From Tubiluchus corallicola (taxonomy: Eukaryota; Animalia; Priapulida): 64,000 bases of DNA. Below, in pieces: positions 11,954 through 22,651 of this stretch. A model generated the notes under the pieces. The model did not search any database, had not been told where the DNA came from, and worked only from the letters and a program-made list of their open reading frames with translations. How positions within the stretch are numbered: the first letter of the stretch is position 1; each line of letters begins with the position of its first letter. The stretch is from assembly GCA_030141605.1 (NCBI GenBank), contig JAQGDQ010000040.1:848721-912720 (forward strand), read 5' to 3'. Made by a program: the position numbers and the translations under genes.

Positions 11954-12562
11954 ATGGCAAGATATAGAGGACCTAAAACAAAAATAGCCAGAAAGTTTGG
12001 CGAACCAATATTTGGACCAGACAAGGTGTTTGAAAAAAAGAACTATCCACCAGGGATGCACGGTACAAATAAGCGCCGCATGAAAGTATCCGAGTATGGG
12101 ATACAACTAAAGGAGAAGCAGAAAGCTAAGTATACTTACGGTATTCTGGAAAAGCAGTTTCGCAACCTTTTCAAAAAAGCTGCATCCAGTAAAGGGATAA
12201 CGGGTACTGTGCTTTTACAAATGCTGGAGAGCCGCCTGGATAATGTTGTGTTTCGCATGGGGGTAGCTCCCAGTCGCGCAGCGGGGCGCCAGCTTGTAAC
12301 ACACAAGCATATAACTGTAAACAGTAAGATTGTTAACATTCCCTCTTATATTTTACGCCCTGGAGATATAGTAGGTGTTCGGGAAAGGTCTAAGTCACTT
12401 GAGGCAATAACAAACTCGTTATCTTCGCGGCGCCATGGGCACTATCCGTGGCTAGAGTGGGATGAGGCTACAAAAAATGGTAAGTTTTTAAATGCCCCTG
12501 ATAGAGAGGAAATACCAGAAAATATAAAAGAGCAGCTTATTGTAGAGCTATATTCTAAATAA
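11954..12562 (+). CDS. rpsD: 30S ribosomal protein S4
   Basis: [19 protein letters not shown]. Confidence 0.99.
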   Translation: MARYRGPKTKIARKFGEPIFGPDKVFEKKNYPPGMHGTNKRRMKVSEYGIQLKEKQKAKYTYGILEKQFRNLFKKAASSKGITGTVLLQMLESRLDNVVFRMGVAPSRAAGRQLVTHKHITVNSKIVNIPSYILRPGDIVGVRERSKSLEAITNSLSSRRHGHYPWLEWDEATKNGKFLNAPDREEIPENIKEQLIVELYSK

Positions 12563-12586
12563 AAATTAAATAGAGAGGTTGTTTTT

Positions 12587-13573
12587 ATGGCAATTTTAGA
12601 TTTCCAGAAGCCTGATGAGGTGATAATGATAGAGTCGGATGAAACTCGTGGACAATTTGAGTTTCGCCCTTTGGAGCCGGGTTATGGCATTACAGTTGGT
12701 AACTCTTTACGGAGAATATTGTTGTCGTCTTTGGAGGGGTATGCTATCACAACGGTGAAAATCGAAGGGGTGGAGCATGAGTTTTCTACTATATCGGGAG
12801 TTATAGAAGATGTTACAGAAATGATTCTGAACTTGAAGCAGATACGCTTCAAGCAAGAAGTTGCGGGCACTGATAAAGAGAAAGTTACTGTGTCTTTGGT
12901 CGGGCGGGAGCAATTTGTAGCCGGGGATGTCAATAACTTTATGACAGGGTTTAGTGTGCTAAATCCCGATTTGGTTATATGCAATATGAATACCGATGTA
13001 AAATTGCAAATTGAACTTACCATAGAAAAAGGTAGGGGATATGTGCCTAGTATAGAGAATAAACCTATTGATGAGGAGTTTGGGCGCATCCCAATTGACT
13101 CTATCTTTACGCCTATCAAGAACGTGAAGTATGAAGTTGAAAACTTTCGTGTGGAGCAGAAGACCGACTATGAAAAGTTAATATTTGAAATACAGACGGA
13201 CGGCTCTATTCACCCTAAAGATGCGTTGAAAGAGGCTGCGAAAATATTGATATATCACTTCATGCTATTCTCTGATGAAAAGATAACCGTGTCTTACAAT
13301 GAGGAGTTCGCAAATGATGAATTTGATGAAGAGGTGTTGCATATGCGCCAGCTATTGAAAACAAAACTTGTTGACCTTGATCTGTCTGCGCGTGCATTAA
13401 ACTGCTTAATGGCTGCAGATGTAGATACTCTTGGTGAGTTGGTAAAATACAATAGAAGCGATCTTCTCAAATTTCGCAATTTTGGCAAGAAGTCATTGAC
13501 AGAGCTTGATGAGCGTCTGGCTGATATGAATTTAAGCTTTGGAATGGATATCACTAAGTATAAATTTAGATAA
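12587..13573 (+). CDS. rpoA: RNA polymerase alpha subunit
   Basis: [30 protein letters not shown]. Confidence 0.99.
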   Translation: MAILDFQKPDEVIMIESDETRGQFEFRPLEPGYGITVGNSLRRILLSSLEGYAITTVKIEGVEHEFSTISGVIEDVTEMILNLKQIRFKQEVAGTDKEKVTVSLVGREQFVAGDVNNFMTGFSVLNPDLVICNMNTDVKLQIELTIEKGRGYVPSIENKPIDEEFGRIPIDSIFTPIKNVKYEVENFRVEQKTDYEKLIFEIQTDGSIHPKDALKEAAKILIYHFMLFSDEKITVSYNEEFANDEFDEEVLHMRQLLKTKLVDLDLSARALNCLMAADVDTLGELVKYNRSDLLKFRNFGKKSLTELDERLADMNLSFGMDITKYKFR

Positions 13574-13588
13574 AGAGTAATATATAAG

Positions 13589-14563
13589 ATGAGGCACAGA
13601 AAAGGTTTCAATCATCTAAGTAGAACGAGTTCACACCGTAAAGCAATGATGGCCAATATGGCGAGTTCATTACTTTTGCACAAGCGTATAAAAACAACGG
13701 TTGCTAAAGCGAAAGCTTTGCGCGGATTTGTTGAACCACTGATCACACGTGCTAAGAACGATTCTACTCACAACCGTCGAATGGTCTTTCGTTCTCTTAA
13801 TGACAAAGAGGCTGTTAAAGAACTATTTCGTGATATATCGGAAAAAGTTGAGAAGCGCCCGGGAGGGTACACAAGGATACTAAAAACAGGGAACAGACTG
13901 GGTGATAATGCAGAGATGTGCATTATTGAGCTTGTTGATTACAATGAAAGTCTTTTGTCTGCCAAAGAGGAGGCTCCTAAGAAACACCGTTCAAGAAGAA
14001 GAGGTGGTTCTAAGAAAAAAGCAGGAACCGCAAAGACAGAGGAAGTAACTGCAACTGCTGCAGAGGAGAAGGCTACGAAAGCGGAGGAAACAGCTGCAAC
14101 TACTGCAGAGGAGAAGGCTACGAAAGCGGAGGAAACAGCTGCAACTACTGCAGAGGAGAAGGCTACGAAAGCGGAGGAAACAGCTGCAACTGCTGCAGAG
14201 GAGAAGGCTACGAAAGCGGAGGAAACAGCTGCAACTGCTACGGAGGAGAAGGCTACGAAAGTGGAGGAAACAGCTGCGACTGCTGAAGAGGAGAAGGCTA
14301 CGAAAGCGAAGGAAACAGCTGCAACTGCTGTAGAGGAGAAGGCTACGAAAGCGAAGGAAACAGCTGCAACTGCTGCAGAGGAGAAGGCTACGAAAGCGGA
14401 GGAAACAGCTGCAACTGCTGTAGAGGAGAAGACTACAAAAACAGAGAAGACAGAGGTGAAAGCATCTGAAAAATCTGATGACGCAGGGAAAAGCACTTCT
14501 GGTACTTCTGAGCAGGAGCCTGATACCGGACAAGATAATAAAGAGAAAGACAGCAGTAAGTAG
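13589..14563 (+). CDS. rplQ: 50S ribosomal protein L17 with long repetitive C-terminal tail
   Basis: [20 protein letters not shown] core followed by ~200 aa of A/E/K/T-rich sequence. Confidence 0.97.
   Translation: MRHRKGFNHLSRTSSHRKAMMANMASSLLLHKRIKTTVAKAKALRGFVEPLITRAKNDSTHNRRMVFRSLNDKEAVKELFRDISEKVEKRPGGYTRILKTGNRLGDNAEMCIIELVDYNESLLSAKEEAPKKHRSRRRGGSKKKAGTAKTEEVTATAAEEKATKAEETAATTAEEKATKAEETAATTAEEKATKAEETAATAAEEKATKAEETAATATEEKATKVEETAATAEEEKATKAKETAATAVEEKATKAKETAATAAEEKATKAEETAATAVEEKTTKTEKTEVKASEKSDDAGKSTSGTSEQEPDTGQDNKEKDSSK
14063..14440 (+). repeat. 45-bp in-frame tandem repeat (8 full copies plus partial) in rplQ
   Basis: Unit GAGGAGAAGGCTACGAAAGCGGAGGAAACAGCTGCAACTGCTGCA ([15 protein letters not shown]) starting every 45 bp from 14063 to 14423. 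Confidence 0.95.
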
Positions 14564-14785
14564 TATTTTTTTTAATCTCTCTTTTGTACAACAAAACTAG
14601 CAGACAAAGAGAGGCAGGCAGGGGAAAAGTAGTACATAAAAGAGTTCAACTCCATCTTTGGGGTGGTCACCTTTACCGGAAAAATAGGAATCTGGCTGGT
14701 CGGGGTTTTAAAACATAAGCTTATTCACAACTACTAGGTGCTAAGAAGTAGAGTGCAAAAATAATTTTGTGTATAAAAAATAGAG

Positions 14786-14826
14786 AAAAGCAGAAATAAT
14801 AATTATTATTTCTGCTTTTGTTTTTG
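14786..14826 (+). terminator. Intrinsic terminator after the ribosomal cluster
   Basis: Perfect 34-bp palindrome AAAAGCAGAAATAATAA|TTATTATTTCTGCTTTT followed by GTTTTT. Confidence 0.7.
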
Positions 14827-14955
14827 ATGTTTTTGCTTGCTTGTCCATTATGAGGCTTTCACAATGTCTCTTTTTTTATTTTCTTTAAGCCATCTCTAAA
14901 GCACTACTTGCTTGCTTTACTAAGTTGATAGGAATAAGATTTTTTATATCACTCC

Positions 14956-15086
14956 GGAAGCTATGCAGAGCTCGCCTCTTTTATCAATGCTTTTCGTTAA
15001 AACTCTCTTCAAAATCCTCAATTACAATACTAAGCTGTAGTTTTTCACCTAACTTCTTCTGGAATATTTTGACCTACAAAAGCTTC
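14956..15086 (-). repeat. MITE-like dispersed repeat, copy 1
   Basis: Reverse complement contains AAAAACTACAGCTTA...GAGGATTTTGAAGAGAGTTTTAACGAAAAGCATTGATAAAA, shared with the other copies; ends GAAGCTATGCAG...CTACAAAAGCTTC. Confidence 0.6.
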
Positions 15087-15458
15087 AGTTTGAAAAGCAG
15101 GGGGGATAGACTCTTGCCTGGCCCGGCCCTATCTGTTTATTAATAGTCTTGTCAAAGCTATACTTACAGCTGGAGAGTTATCCTTTACCTGATTTTAGCC
15201 CAGCATGCCCCCCCAATTTCTTTTATCTTGAAAAGAGGGTTCTAAGCAGAAAAAAAGAGGCTGTGAAGGCAAACTATTTCCATTGTATCATCTTGCCTCT
15301 ATAGCGATAAAAGAGGCAAAACTTTTGCTATATGTATTTTTATTGTTATATTATGTGCTCTTAAGTAAAACGTGCTTTTATTAATTTGCTGGAAAATATA
15401 GCAGAGTTCAAAGAAAAATAGAAACAGATAGGTTAAAAACCGATAATAAAATTAAATA

Positions 15459-16775
15459 GTGTTTATGGATTATATCAAGAAGAAGCTATTAAAAAAAGGA
15501 AATGAAGAACGATTGATTGTAAAAAAGCTCGTAAAGGATTATGGAGAGAAACAGGTAGACACAGTTTCAATTGGACAGATACTTACTGGGATGAAAGGTG
15601 TTACGAGTCTGTTGACTGTAACATCAAAACTTGATCCTGAAAGTGGGATACGCTTTAGGGGGTATACTATTCCGGAACTCCAAAAACTGCTTCCTCGCAA
15701 GTCTCCAGATGGGGAGCCTTTGCCGGAGGGGTTGTTTTATCTTATGTTGTTGAACGATATTCCGTCAAAAGAGGATGTAAACTTTTTGAGTAAGGAGTGG
15801 GCTTCAAGAGCAAAGGTGCCAAAGCATGTCTTCGATGTAATTGAAGCATTACCTATGACGAGTAAGCCGATGACACAGTTTAGCGCCGCTATACTATCAA
15901 TGGCAACCGATTCACTTTTCCAAAAATCATATAGGGAAGGGCTGCATAAGGACAATTATTGGGATACCACATACGAGGATGTCATGAATCTGATAGCTCG
16001 TCTTCCTGTTGTAGCTGCTTATATCTATAGAAGAGTATTTCACGGAGGCAATCATATAGCTGCAGACCCAGACCTTGACTGGGCTGCGAACTTTGCCCAT
16101 ATGATGGGGTTTAACAGCAAAGAAGTGTACAGGCTGTTCAGGATGTACATGGTTATTCATGCTGACCATGAGGGCGGTAATGTCTCCGCACACTCTACCC
16201 ATCTGGTAGGCTCTGCCTTAAGCAACCCCTATTACTCATATGCTGCCGGTATGCTGGGTTTAGCAGGCCCGCTGCACGGCTACGCCAACCAGGAGGTAAT
16301 AAGATGGATACTGGAGATGGTTGATGAGATAGGGGAGTGTGATGGGGAGAGTGGGAAAGTAAAAATAGAGAAATATATAAAACAGACTCTTGAGGAGGGG
16401 AAGGTGATACCAGGGTATGGGCACTCGGTGCTGCGTGTAACTGATCCGCGCTACTTATACCAAAAGGAGTTTGCAGATAAGTACATAAAGAATGACAAGC
16501 TGGTTAATATTGTTAACCGCCTTTATGGTATTGTACCACCCATTCTTCAGTCACTGGGTAAAGTGAAAAACCCATGGCCTAATGTTGATGCGTATTCAGG
16601 TGCTTTATTGCAACACTATGGTATAAAAGAGTACTTCTTTTACACTGTTATGTTTGGAGTGAGCCGGGCGCTTGGAGTGATGTCTCAGTTTGTATGGGAT
16701 AGAATATATGGGCTACCAATAGAAAGGCCTAAATCGCATCAATTAGAATGGTTTAAAAAACAAGCCGGAATTTAG
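15459..16775 (+). CDS. gltA: Citrate (Si)-synthase, eukaryotic-like type
   Basis: GIRFRGY, HADHEGGNVSAH, GLAGPLHG.AN, PGYGHSVLR, NPWPNVD; start may be ATG 15465. Confidence 0.93.
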   Translation: MFMDYIKKKLLKKGNEERLIVKKLVKDYGEKQVDTVSIGQILTGMKGVTSLLTVTSKLDPESGIRFRGYTIPELQKLLPRKSPDGEPLPEGLFYLMLLNDIPSKEDVNFLSKEWASRAKVPKHVFDVIEALPMTSKPMTQFSAAILSMATDSLFQKSYREGLHKDNYWDTTYEDVMNLIARLPVVAAYIYRRVFHGGNHIAADPDLDWAANFAHMMGFNSKEVYRLFRMYMVIHADHEGGNVSAHSTHLVGSALSNPYYSYAAGMLGLAGPLHGYANQEVIRWILEMVDEIGECDGESGKVKIEKYIKQTLEEGKVIPGYGHSVLRVTDPRYLYQKEFADKYIKNDKLVNIVNRLYGIVPPILQSLGKVKNPWPNVDAYSGALLQHYGIKEYFFYTVMFGVSRALGVMSQFVWDRIYGLPIERPKSHQLEWFKKQAGI

Positions 16776-16793
16776 TTAGTCAATTATCTTTAT

Positions 16794-18695
16794 ATGGCAT
16801 TTAACGGATTGAGCGAGTTTGTTTCACTTCTTGATCGTGAAGGAGAACTTATTCGTGTAGAACCATATGTTAATAGCGAGCTTATCATTGCCGAATTGGC
16901 TGACAGGTTTTCAAAGCAGCAGGGAGGAGGCAAGGCACTTTTATTTGAAAGTACGGGGACACGATACCCGGTGTTGGTAAATGCATTTGGCTCAGATAAA
17001 AGAATGGCCATGGCACTAGGTGTTGAAAACATTGATAAAATCGGTGTAGAGATAGAAGAACTGTTTGAAAAGCTTACTACCCCCAAGGGGGAGATTCTTG
17101 ATAAACTGAAACTCCTGCCCACTCTTTCGCGCATATCATCATGGATGCCCAAGACTGTAAAGGGAAGAGGAGCCTGCCAGGAGGTAGTAAATCACGACCC
17201 TGACTTATCAGAGCTGCCAATACTGAAGTGCTGGCCTGCTGATGGAGGAGCATTTGTAACACTCCCGTGTGTAGTAACGCGCGATCCTCATACAGGAACA
17301 CGCAATGTGGGAATGTACAGGATGCAGGTTTTTGATCGTAACACAACTGGAGTGCACTGGCACAAGCATAAAACAGGGGCAAGGCACTTTAACGAGTATA
17401 AGAAAATAGGAAAGAAGATGCCTGTCTCAGTAGTACTTGGTGGTGATCCGGCATACACTTATGCTGCTACGGCTCCACTACCTGATAATATTGACGAGTA
17501 TCTGCTGGCTGGTTTTCTGAGAAAGAAGAGAGTTAAAACGGTTAAATGCTTGACAAACGACCTGGAGGTGCCATCTGACGCTGATTTTATCATAGAAGGA
17601 TATGTAGATCCCGAAGATGACCTGGCCTGGGAAGGACCGTTTGGAGACCATACAGGGTTCTATTCGTTGGCAGACTGGTACCCCAGGCTGCATGTAACAT
17701 GTATAACACACAGGCAGGATGCTATTTACCCGGCTACAGTTGTAGGTATTCCACCAATGGAAGATGCCTGGATAGGTCGTGCTACAGAAAGAATTTTCCT
17801 CGCTCCGATGAGGCTGACAATAATTCCCGAAATAGTTGATATCTCCCTGCCTCCTGCCGGTGTTGCCCATAATATCACCATTGCCGGAATTGAGAAGAGC
17901 TATCCCGGACAGGCCGCAAAAGTAATGAATGCAATGTGGGGGGCGGGACAAATGATGTTTAATAAAATTATGATCATTACAGGTGACGATGTTAATATTC
18001 ATAACTTTGAACAACTTGCCAGGCACATTTCCAAAGCGGTGAATCCATCTGAAGATATATCTTTCTCGCAGGGGCCAATGGATGTCCTGGATCACTCTTC
18101 TACACAGTATGCTTATGGCTCAAAAATGGGTATTGATGCTACTAGCAAGGGAGAAGAAAAAGATAATAATACTTGCTATGAGGAAGTTAATACGACTTTA
18201 ATTAGAAGCGATGCAGAAAAAATACCTGAAGTAAAAGATATTAATACAGAACTTTTGGAAAAATCTATATCTCTGATTGTTCTTTCAATTGAAAAAAGGG
18301 AAAAAGGGGAGGTGCAGAAACTTGCAGAAAAAGTATCAGGGATGGAGTCATTTAAAAGTGTAAAATTTGTTGTTTTTATTGATTCAGGAGTTGATATATA
18401 CAACCTGCACGATGTTTGCTGGTATGTTAGTGGCAATATCGATCCGCGGCGAGACTGTTATATTATTAACACGACAAACTGGAGAGGTACCTCCTGTATG
18501 GTAATTGACGGTACTCGTAAGACTAAAAGTATTGATGGATTTGAGCGGGACTGGCCTAATCCCGTTACATCCTCATTAAAAACCATTAATAGTGTAAATG
18601 AGATGTGGGAGTCATTAGGAGTTGGGGAGTTTATACCATCTCCATCGTTAAAGTATCACTTGTTGAAGTGTGGCGAGGGGGCTGTATCTTTGTAA
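16794..18695 (+). CDS. UbiD-family decarboxylase, probably the menaquinone (futalosine pathway) MqnL type
   Basis: NVGMYRMQ, EGPFGDHTGFY, GPMDVLDH, GSKMGIDAT plus long C-terminal extension. Confidence 0.85.
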   Translation: MAFNGLSEFVSLLDREGELIRVEPYVNSELIIAELADRFSKQQGGGKALLFESTGTRYPVLVNAFGSDKRMAMALGVENIDKIGVEIEELFEKLTTPKGEILDKLKLLPTLSRISSWMPKTVKGRGACQEVVNHDPDLSELPILKCWPADGGAFVTLPCVVTRDPHTGTRNVGMYRMQVFDRNTTGVHWHKHKTGARHFNEYKKIGKKMPVSVVLGGDPAYTYAATAPLPDNIDEYLLAGFLRKKRVKTVKCLTNDLEVPSDADFIIEGYVDPEDDLAWEGPFGDHTGFYSLADWYPRLHVTCITHRQDAIYPATVVGIPPMEDAWIGRATERIFLAPMRLTIIPEIVDISLPPAGVAHNITIAGIEKSYPGQAAKVMNAMWGAGQMMFNKIMIITGDDVNIHNFEQLARHISKAVNPSEDISFSQGPMDVLDHSSTQYAYGSKMGIDATSKGEEKDNNTCYEEVNTTLIRSDAEKIPEVKDINTELLEKSISLIVLSIEKREKGEVQKLAEKVSGMESFKSVKFVVFIDSGVDIYNLHDVCWYVSGNIDPRRDCYIINTTNWRGTSCMVIDGTRKTKSIDGFERDWPNPVTSSLKTINSVNEMWESLGVGEFIPSPSLKYHLLKCGEGAVSL

Positions 18696-18792
18696 TTTTT
18701 GACGTTAAATATTACTTCAATAACTGCAGTTACAACACAAACCCTTACAGAAAATGCAAATTTTACACTTAAGGACTTACAAAATATATCTT

Positions 18793-18923
18793 GATCCCTT
18801 TACGAAGTGGAGTATTTTGGGTCAGATTTATGATAAACTTGAGGGGGAAACTGGTGTAAGAAAGGGGTATAAAAAAGATTTTGACGAAGATGTTTATGAA
18901 AAGATGGGCTTTGTAAAGTCCTC
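18793..18923 (+). repeat. MITE-like dispersed repeat, copy 2
   Basis: CCCTTTACGAAG...GATTTTGACGAAGATGTTTATGAAAAGATGGGCTTTGTAAAGTCCTC. Confidence 0.55.
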
Positions 18924-18968
18924 ATATTATTATAAAAGTAAACTTTCTATACTTAATAAACTTGATCT

Positions 18969-20252
18969 ATGGGTGAGGAATTTTTACAGTTTATTTGGAA
19001 GCATGGTCTGTATAAAAACAGGGCTCTCACTTCCACTTCAGGCGAGGCAATAGATGTTTTACATCCCGGCTATCAGAACCAGGGTGCCGGCTCCGATTTT
19101 TTTAATGCCCGTATAAAGATAGGAGATACTGTATGGGCCGGTAATGTTGAGGTGCATATCAAAGCATCAGATTGGTACAGGCATAAGCACCATAAGGATA
19201 AAAGCTACAGTAATGTGATCCTTCACGTTGTCCACAAAGAAGACATATCAGGTTCAAAAAACGCTCCTTTGCAGATTCCTACGCTTATCATAGATTGGGA
19301 AAAGGAGATAGAGCAGAACTACACCAGGCTTTTGGAAAATGAAGGCTGGGTTGGGTGTGAAGAGAAGGTGGGGAAGATGGATGTATTTGGTTTAAAGTTT
19401 GCTTTAGGCAGGATCTTATCGGATAGACTACAAAGTAAAACAGAGGCTGTATGGAGAGTGCTAAAAGAGACGCGAGGTAACTGGAATGAAGCGTTTTACA
19501 GGGTTCTTGCTCGAAGTTTTGGATTCAAGGAAAATGGAACTCCTTTCGAAATGCTGGCTATTTCGTTGCCACAGAAGTATCTTGCACGCCATCAGGACTC
19601 GCTACTTCAGGTAGAAGCACTGCTTTTGGGGCAGGCAGGATTACTTGAAGAGGATACGTGTAGTGATGAATACTACTTAAAACTACAGACTGAGTACAGG
19701 TACCTGTCAGGTAAATACAGACTCAAGCCTATCGATAGCCATCTATGGAAGTTTATGCGAATGAGGCCTGTAAATTTTCCGCCGCTGCGAATAGCTCAAT
19801 TTGCAGCATTGGTATACCGTTCAAAAGGACTGTTTTCGGCTATAACAAATATACAGCATATGGATGAGCTAAGAGAGCTATTTCATGTGAAAGCATCCGA
19901 GTACTGGGATACACACTACCACTTTAATCGCTTATCTCCTAAGCGGGTAAAGTCTTTCGGAAAGCAATCGTGCTCTTCTATATTAATAAATGTAGTCGTA
20001 CCTTTTCTTTTTACGTACGGAGAAAGCCAGAATAAATTATTTTTGAAAAATAAAGCATTAGACCTGTTGGAGCAAATGCTGCCGGAAAATAATAAAATTA
20101 TAAGAGGCTGGAGCAAAATAGGGATCAATGCCCGGAGTGCTGTAGAATCACAGGCATTGCTGCATTTAAAAAACAATTTTTGCGATAAAAAGAGGTGCCT
20201 TGACTGCACCATAGGACAAAAAATAATAACTGTAAAACACTCATATAGCTAA
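18969..20252 (+). CDS. DUF2851 family protein
   Basis: WAGNVEVH, W..H.H..D..Y.NVILHVV, RMRPVNFP, C-terminal C..KRCL.C.IG. Confidence 0.88.
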   Translation: MGEEFLQFIWKHGLYKNRALTSTSGEAIDVLHPGYQNQGAGSDFFNARIKIGDTVWAGNVEVHIKASDWYRHKHHKDKSYSNVILHVVHKEDISGSKNAPLQIPTLIIDWEKEIEQNYTRLLENEGWVGCEEKVGKMDVFGLKFALGRILSDRLQSKTEAVWRVLKETRGNWNEAFYRVLARSFGFKENGTPFEMLAISLPQKYLARHQDSLLQVEALLLGQAGLLEEDTCSDEYYLKLQTEYRYLSGKYRLKPIDSHLWKFMRMRPVNFPPLRIAQFAALVYRSKGLFSAITNIQHMDELRELFHVKASEYWDTHYHFNRLSPKRVKSFGKQSCSSILINVVVPFLFTYGESQNKLFLKNKALDLLEQMLPENNKIIRGWSKIGINARSAVESQALLHLKNNFCDKKRCLDCTIGQKIITVKHSYS

Positions 20253-20261
20253 GTAGCTTAT

Positions 20262-20398
20262 GAGACTTTATAGAGTGAAATATTTTGGTTTAGGCAGAGG
20301 AGGAACTCGATGAAGACGGCAGTTTATTGACGTAAATGAAGATTTTGAAGAGAATTTTGATGAAAGTATTGATAAAAAGATAAACTTTGTAAGGGTAT
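20262..20398 (+). repeat. MITE-like dispersed repeat, copy 3
   Basis: GAGACTTTATAGAG...AACTCGATGAAGACGGCAGTTTATTGA...GATTTTGAAGAGAATTTTGATGAAAG...CTTTGTAAGGG. Confidence 0.6.
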
Positions 20399-20472
20399 AC
20401 ATAATAATTTATACAATCAGGTAGCTACGGAGCCACCCATCAGGTGTTAAAAAAAAGCTGCTTTTCAATCAA

Positions 20473-21513
20473 ATGAACCGACTTAGGGAGAGGACATATA
20501 ATACCCTTATTCGAGGCTTTACCACACTGTTATTTATAGTTGTGCTAGGAACATTTGGGTTCCGTATGCTGGAAAAGCTAAGCTGGGTAGACTCATTTTA
20601 TATGACTATACTCTCTATCTCTACGGTAGGGTTTGAAGTTGTAAAACCGCTATCCCAAGATGGCAAAATATTTGTTTCTATCCTTATAATCTTAAGCCTG
20701 GGGAATGTAGCTTATGTAGGATCTATTTTTGTGCGATTTTTCTTTGATGGTGAGTTTTTTGAATATATAAAAACCAAGCGTATGAACGAGAAAGTATCAA
20801 AATTGTCAAACCATGTTATTGTGTGTGGTTTTGGGAGAAATGGAGAGCAGGTTGCTTCTGAACTGGTAGACCATGAACATCCGTTTGTAGTTGTTGAAAA
20901 ACAAGAACACATCATAGAACTTTTGGCAAAAAAGTCCAACATGCTTTATGTCAATGGAGATGCAACACATGAAGATACTCTTGACCTGGCAGGGATAAAA
21001 AAGGCCAGAGCTCTTATTGCCACTACGCCAAGCGATGCTGAGAACATATTTATGGTACTTACCGCAAAAGATATGAACCCCAACCTGACTATTATTAGCA
21101 GGGCATCTGAGCCGGGATCAGCAATAAAACTACGCAGGGCGGGAGCATCTAATATTATTATGCCCGAAAGAATGGGAGGGCAGAGAATGGCACGGCTTGT
21201 TACACAGCCGGATGTAGTTGAATTTGTAGAATATATTCTTATGCAGAGTAATAAGGATGTGAGTCTCAACGAGGTGTCTTGCCGTAATCTGGCCAAGTGT
21301 TATGTTGGTAAGACGCTGGGTAAGATCAAAACGAGGCAGATTACAGAAGCAAGTATTATTGGCGCCAAAGATGGGGATGGGCAGTATGTCTTTAACCCTG
21401 GTAAAAAATATGTTCTGAGGCGGAGCACACAACTCTTTGTATTTGGATTACCGGAACAGGTTAAAAACCTTGTTCTTTTTCTTGAGACACCTGTATCTCC
21501 CAAGGAGCAATAA
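20473..21513 (+). CDS. Potassium channel protein with TrkA-N/C (RCK) domains
   Basis: Two TM helices, TVGF pore-filter-like motif, VCGFGRNG Rossmann motif. Confidence 0.88.
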   Translation: MNRLRERTYNTLIRGFTTLLFIVVLGTFGFRMLEKLSWVDSFYMTILSISTVGFEVVKPLSQDGKIFVSILIILSLGNVAYVGSIFVRFFFDGEFFEYIKTKRMNEKVSKLSNHVIVCGFGRNGEQVASELVDHEHPFVVVEKQEHIIELLAKKSNMLYVNGDATHEDTLDLAGIKKARALIATTPSDAENIFMVLTAKDMNPNLTIISRASEPGSAIKLRRAGASNIIMPERMGGQRMARLVTQPDVVEFVEYILMQSNKDVSLNEVSCRNLAKCYVGKTLGKIKTRQITEASIIGAKDGDGQYVFNPGKKYVLRRSTQLFVFGLPEQVKNLVLFLETPVSPKEQ

Positions 21514-21565
21514 CGGACATCCCCTATATCTTATTTTATGCGCTTTGGAGAACAGCGTGTGCCTG

Positions 21566-22651
21566 TTACTTTTTCTCAAACAGTCCGGATTTGATAAACA
21601 ACCTGGCTTTTGCTACATTATCTTTAAAAGATAAAGACTTATAGCAGTTACTTGTACATGGATGCTGACACTTTATCATCTGCTTCCTGGTTTTATTAGC
21701 TACGTCCGAATACCATACATCTTTAATCTTATCACTTTTAATGTTCCCAACAGGACTGTAAAAGCCGCAACCTAATGATATATCCCCTTTATATGATATA
21801 GACAGCTTGTCGTATCCAATTTTACATTTTTTTACTTGGTTATCCATTAACGAAGAAGGGTGCTTAAAATAGTGATACCATTCCACTATATCCTTTTCTG
21901 TATTTAAAATACGGTTGTCCACTTTCCTCTTGGCTATCAGGTAGCTGGTGAACTCCTCTAATATGTCCATATCATTTATCCAGTACTTGTATTCACTCCA
22001 TCTTTTAACAGGTAACTTCTCTGTCCATATACGGATAGGCTGAATAAGCAATCTATCGACTGGCAACTGTAAAAAGTACTCAACAGACTTGCTGAATGTA
22101 CTGATGTTATCTTTCATTAGCACTGATGAAATACCCAGTGTAAGGTTTCCGTTTTTTGAAAGGTAGTCTATGCCCTTCAATGCTTTTTCAAGCGCTTTGT
22201 CAACCCCCCTGAACTTGTTATGTATTTCCGGTAAATGGCTATCTAAAGAAATACTCAAATAGGGGAGTCCGGATTTGATGATCCGATCACAATTTTTCTC
22301 CGTTAAAGCAATGCCGTTTGTACTTACTTTACAAACTATTCCACTATCTGAGCAGAATGAGAAAATATCATATATATTTTTAAAAATAAGAGGTTCTCCT
22401 CCTGCTATCTGTAAAAAAAAATCGCTTTTAATCCACCTCTTAAGTTGTGTCAGGATATTGATAATTTCTTTTGAATCTATATAGTCCCGGCTACTTTTCC
22501 ATGAGTCACACATTAAACATCTGGCGTTACATCTCTCATTGGGCTGGATTGATACCTGAAGCGGTTTAGAAAGAAGAACTCCCGTTTTTGCACTTATATC
22601 TTTTTGAATACTATTTTTAAAGATTCCAAATAAAAAACTAAACTTTCCCAT
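21566..22651 (-). CDS. Radical SAM protein with SPASM/twitch-type C-terminal Cys cluster
   Basis: CNARCLMC, GGEP, STNG; CKIG...GC...CQHPCTSNC. Confidence 0.88.
   Translation of the reverse strand: MGKFSFLFGIFKNSIQKDISAKTGVLLSKPLQVSIQPNERCNARCLMCDSWKSSRDYIDSKEIINILTQLKRWIKSDFFLQIAGGEPLIFKNIYDIFSFCSDSGIVCKVSTNGIALTEKNCDRIIKSGLPYLSISLDSHLPEIHNKFRGVDKALEKALKGIDYLSKNGNLTLGISSVLMKDNISTFSKSVEYFLQLPVDRLLIQPIRIWTEKLPVKRWSEYKYWINDMDILEEFTSYLIAKRKVDNRILNTEKDIVEWYHYFKHPSSLMDNQVKKCKIGYDKLSISYKGDISLGCGFYSPVGNIKSDKIKDVWYSDVANKTRKQMIKCQHPCTSNCYKSLSFKDNVAKARLFIKSGLFEKK

Noticed and set aside
14063-14440. Regular repeats as a possible CRISPR array
   Set aside because: Contiguous in-frame units with no unique spacers, and no cas genes
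13939-14533. Two long - strand ORFs, one Cys/Ser/Leu-rich and one Ala/Val-rich
   Set aside because: Antisense shadows of the 45-bp repeat in rplQ
14925-15143. 72-aa ORF
   Set aside because: Overlaps MITE-like copy 1; no protein features
18754-19053. 99-aa ORF
   Set aside because: Spans MITE-like copy 2 and overlaps DUF2851 out of frame
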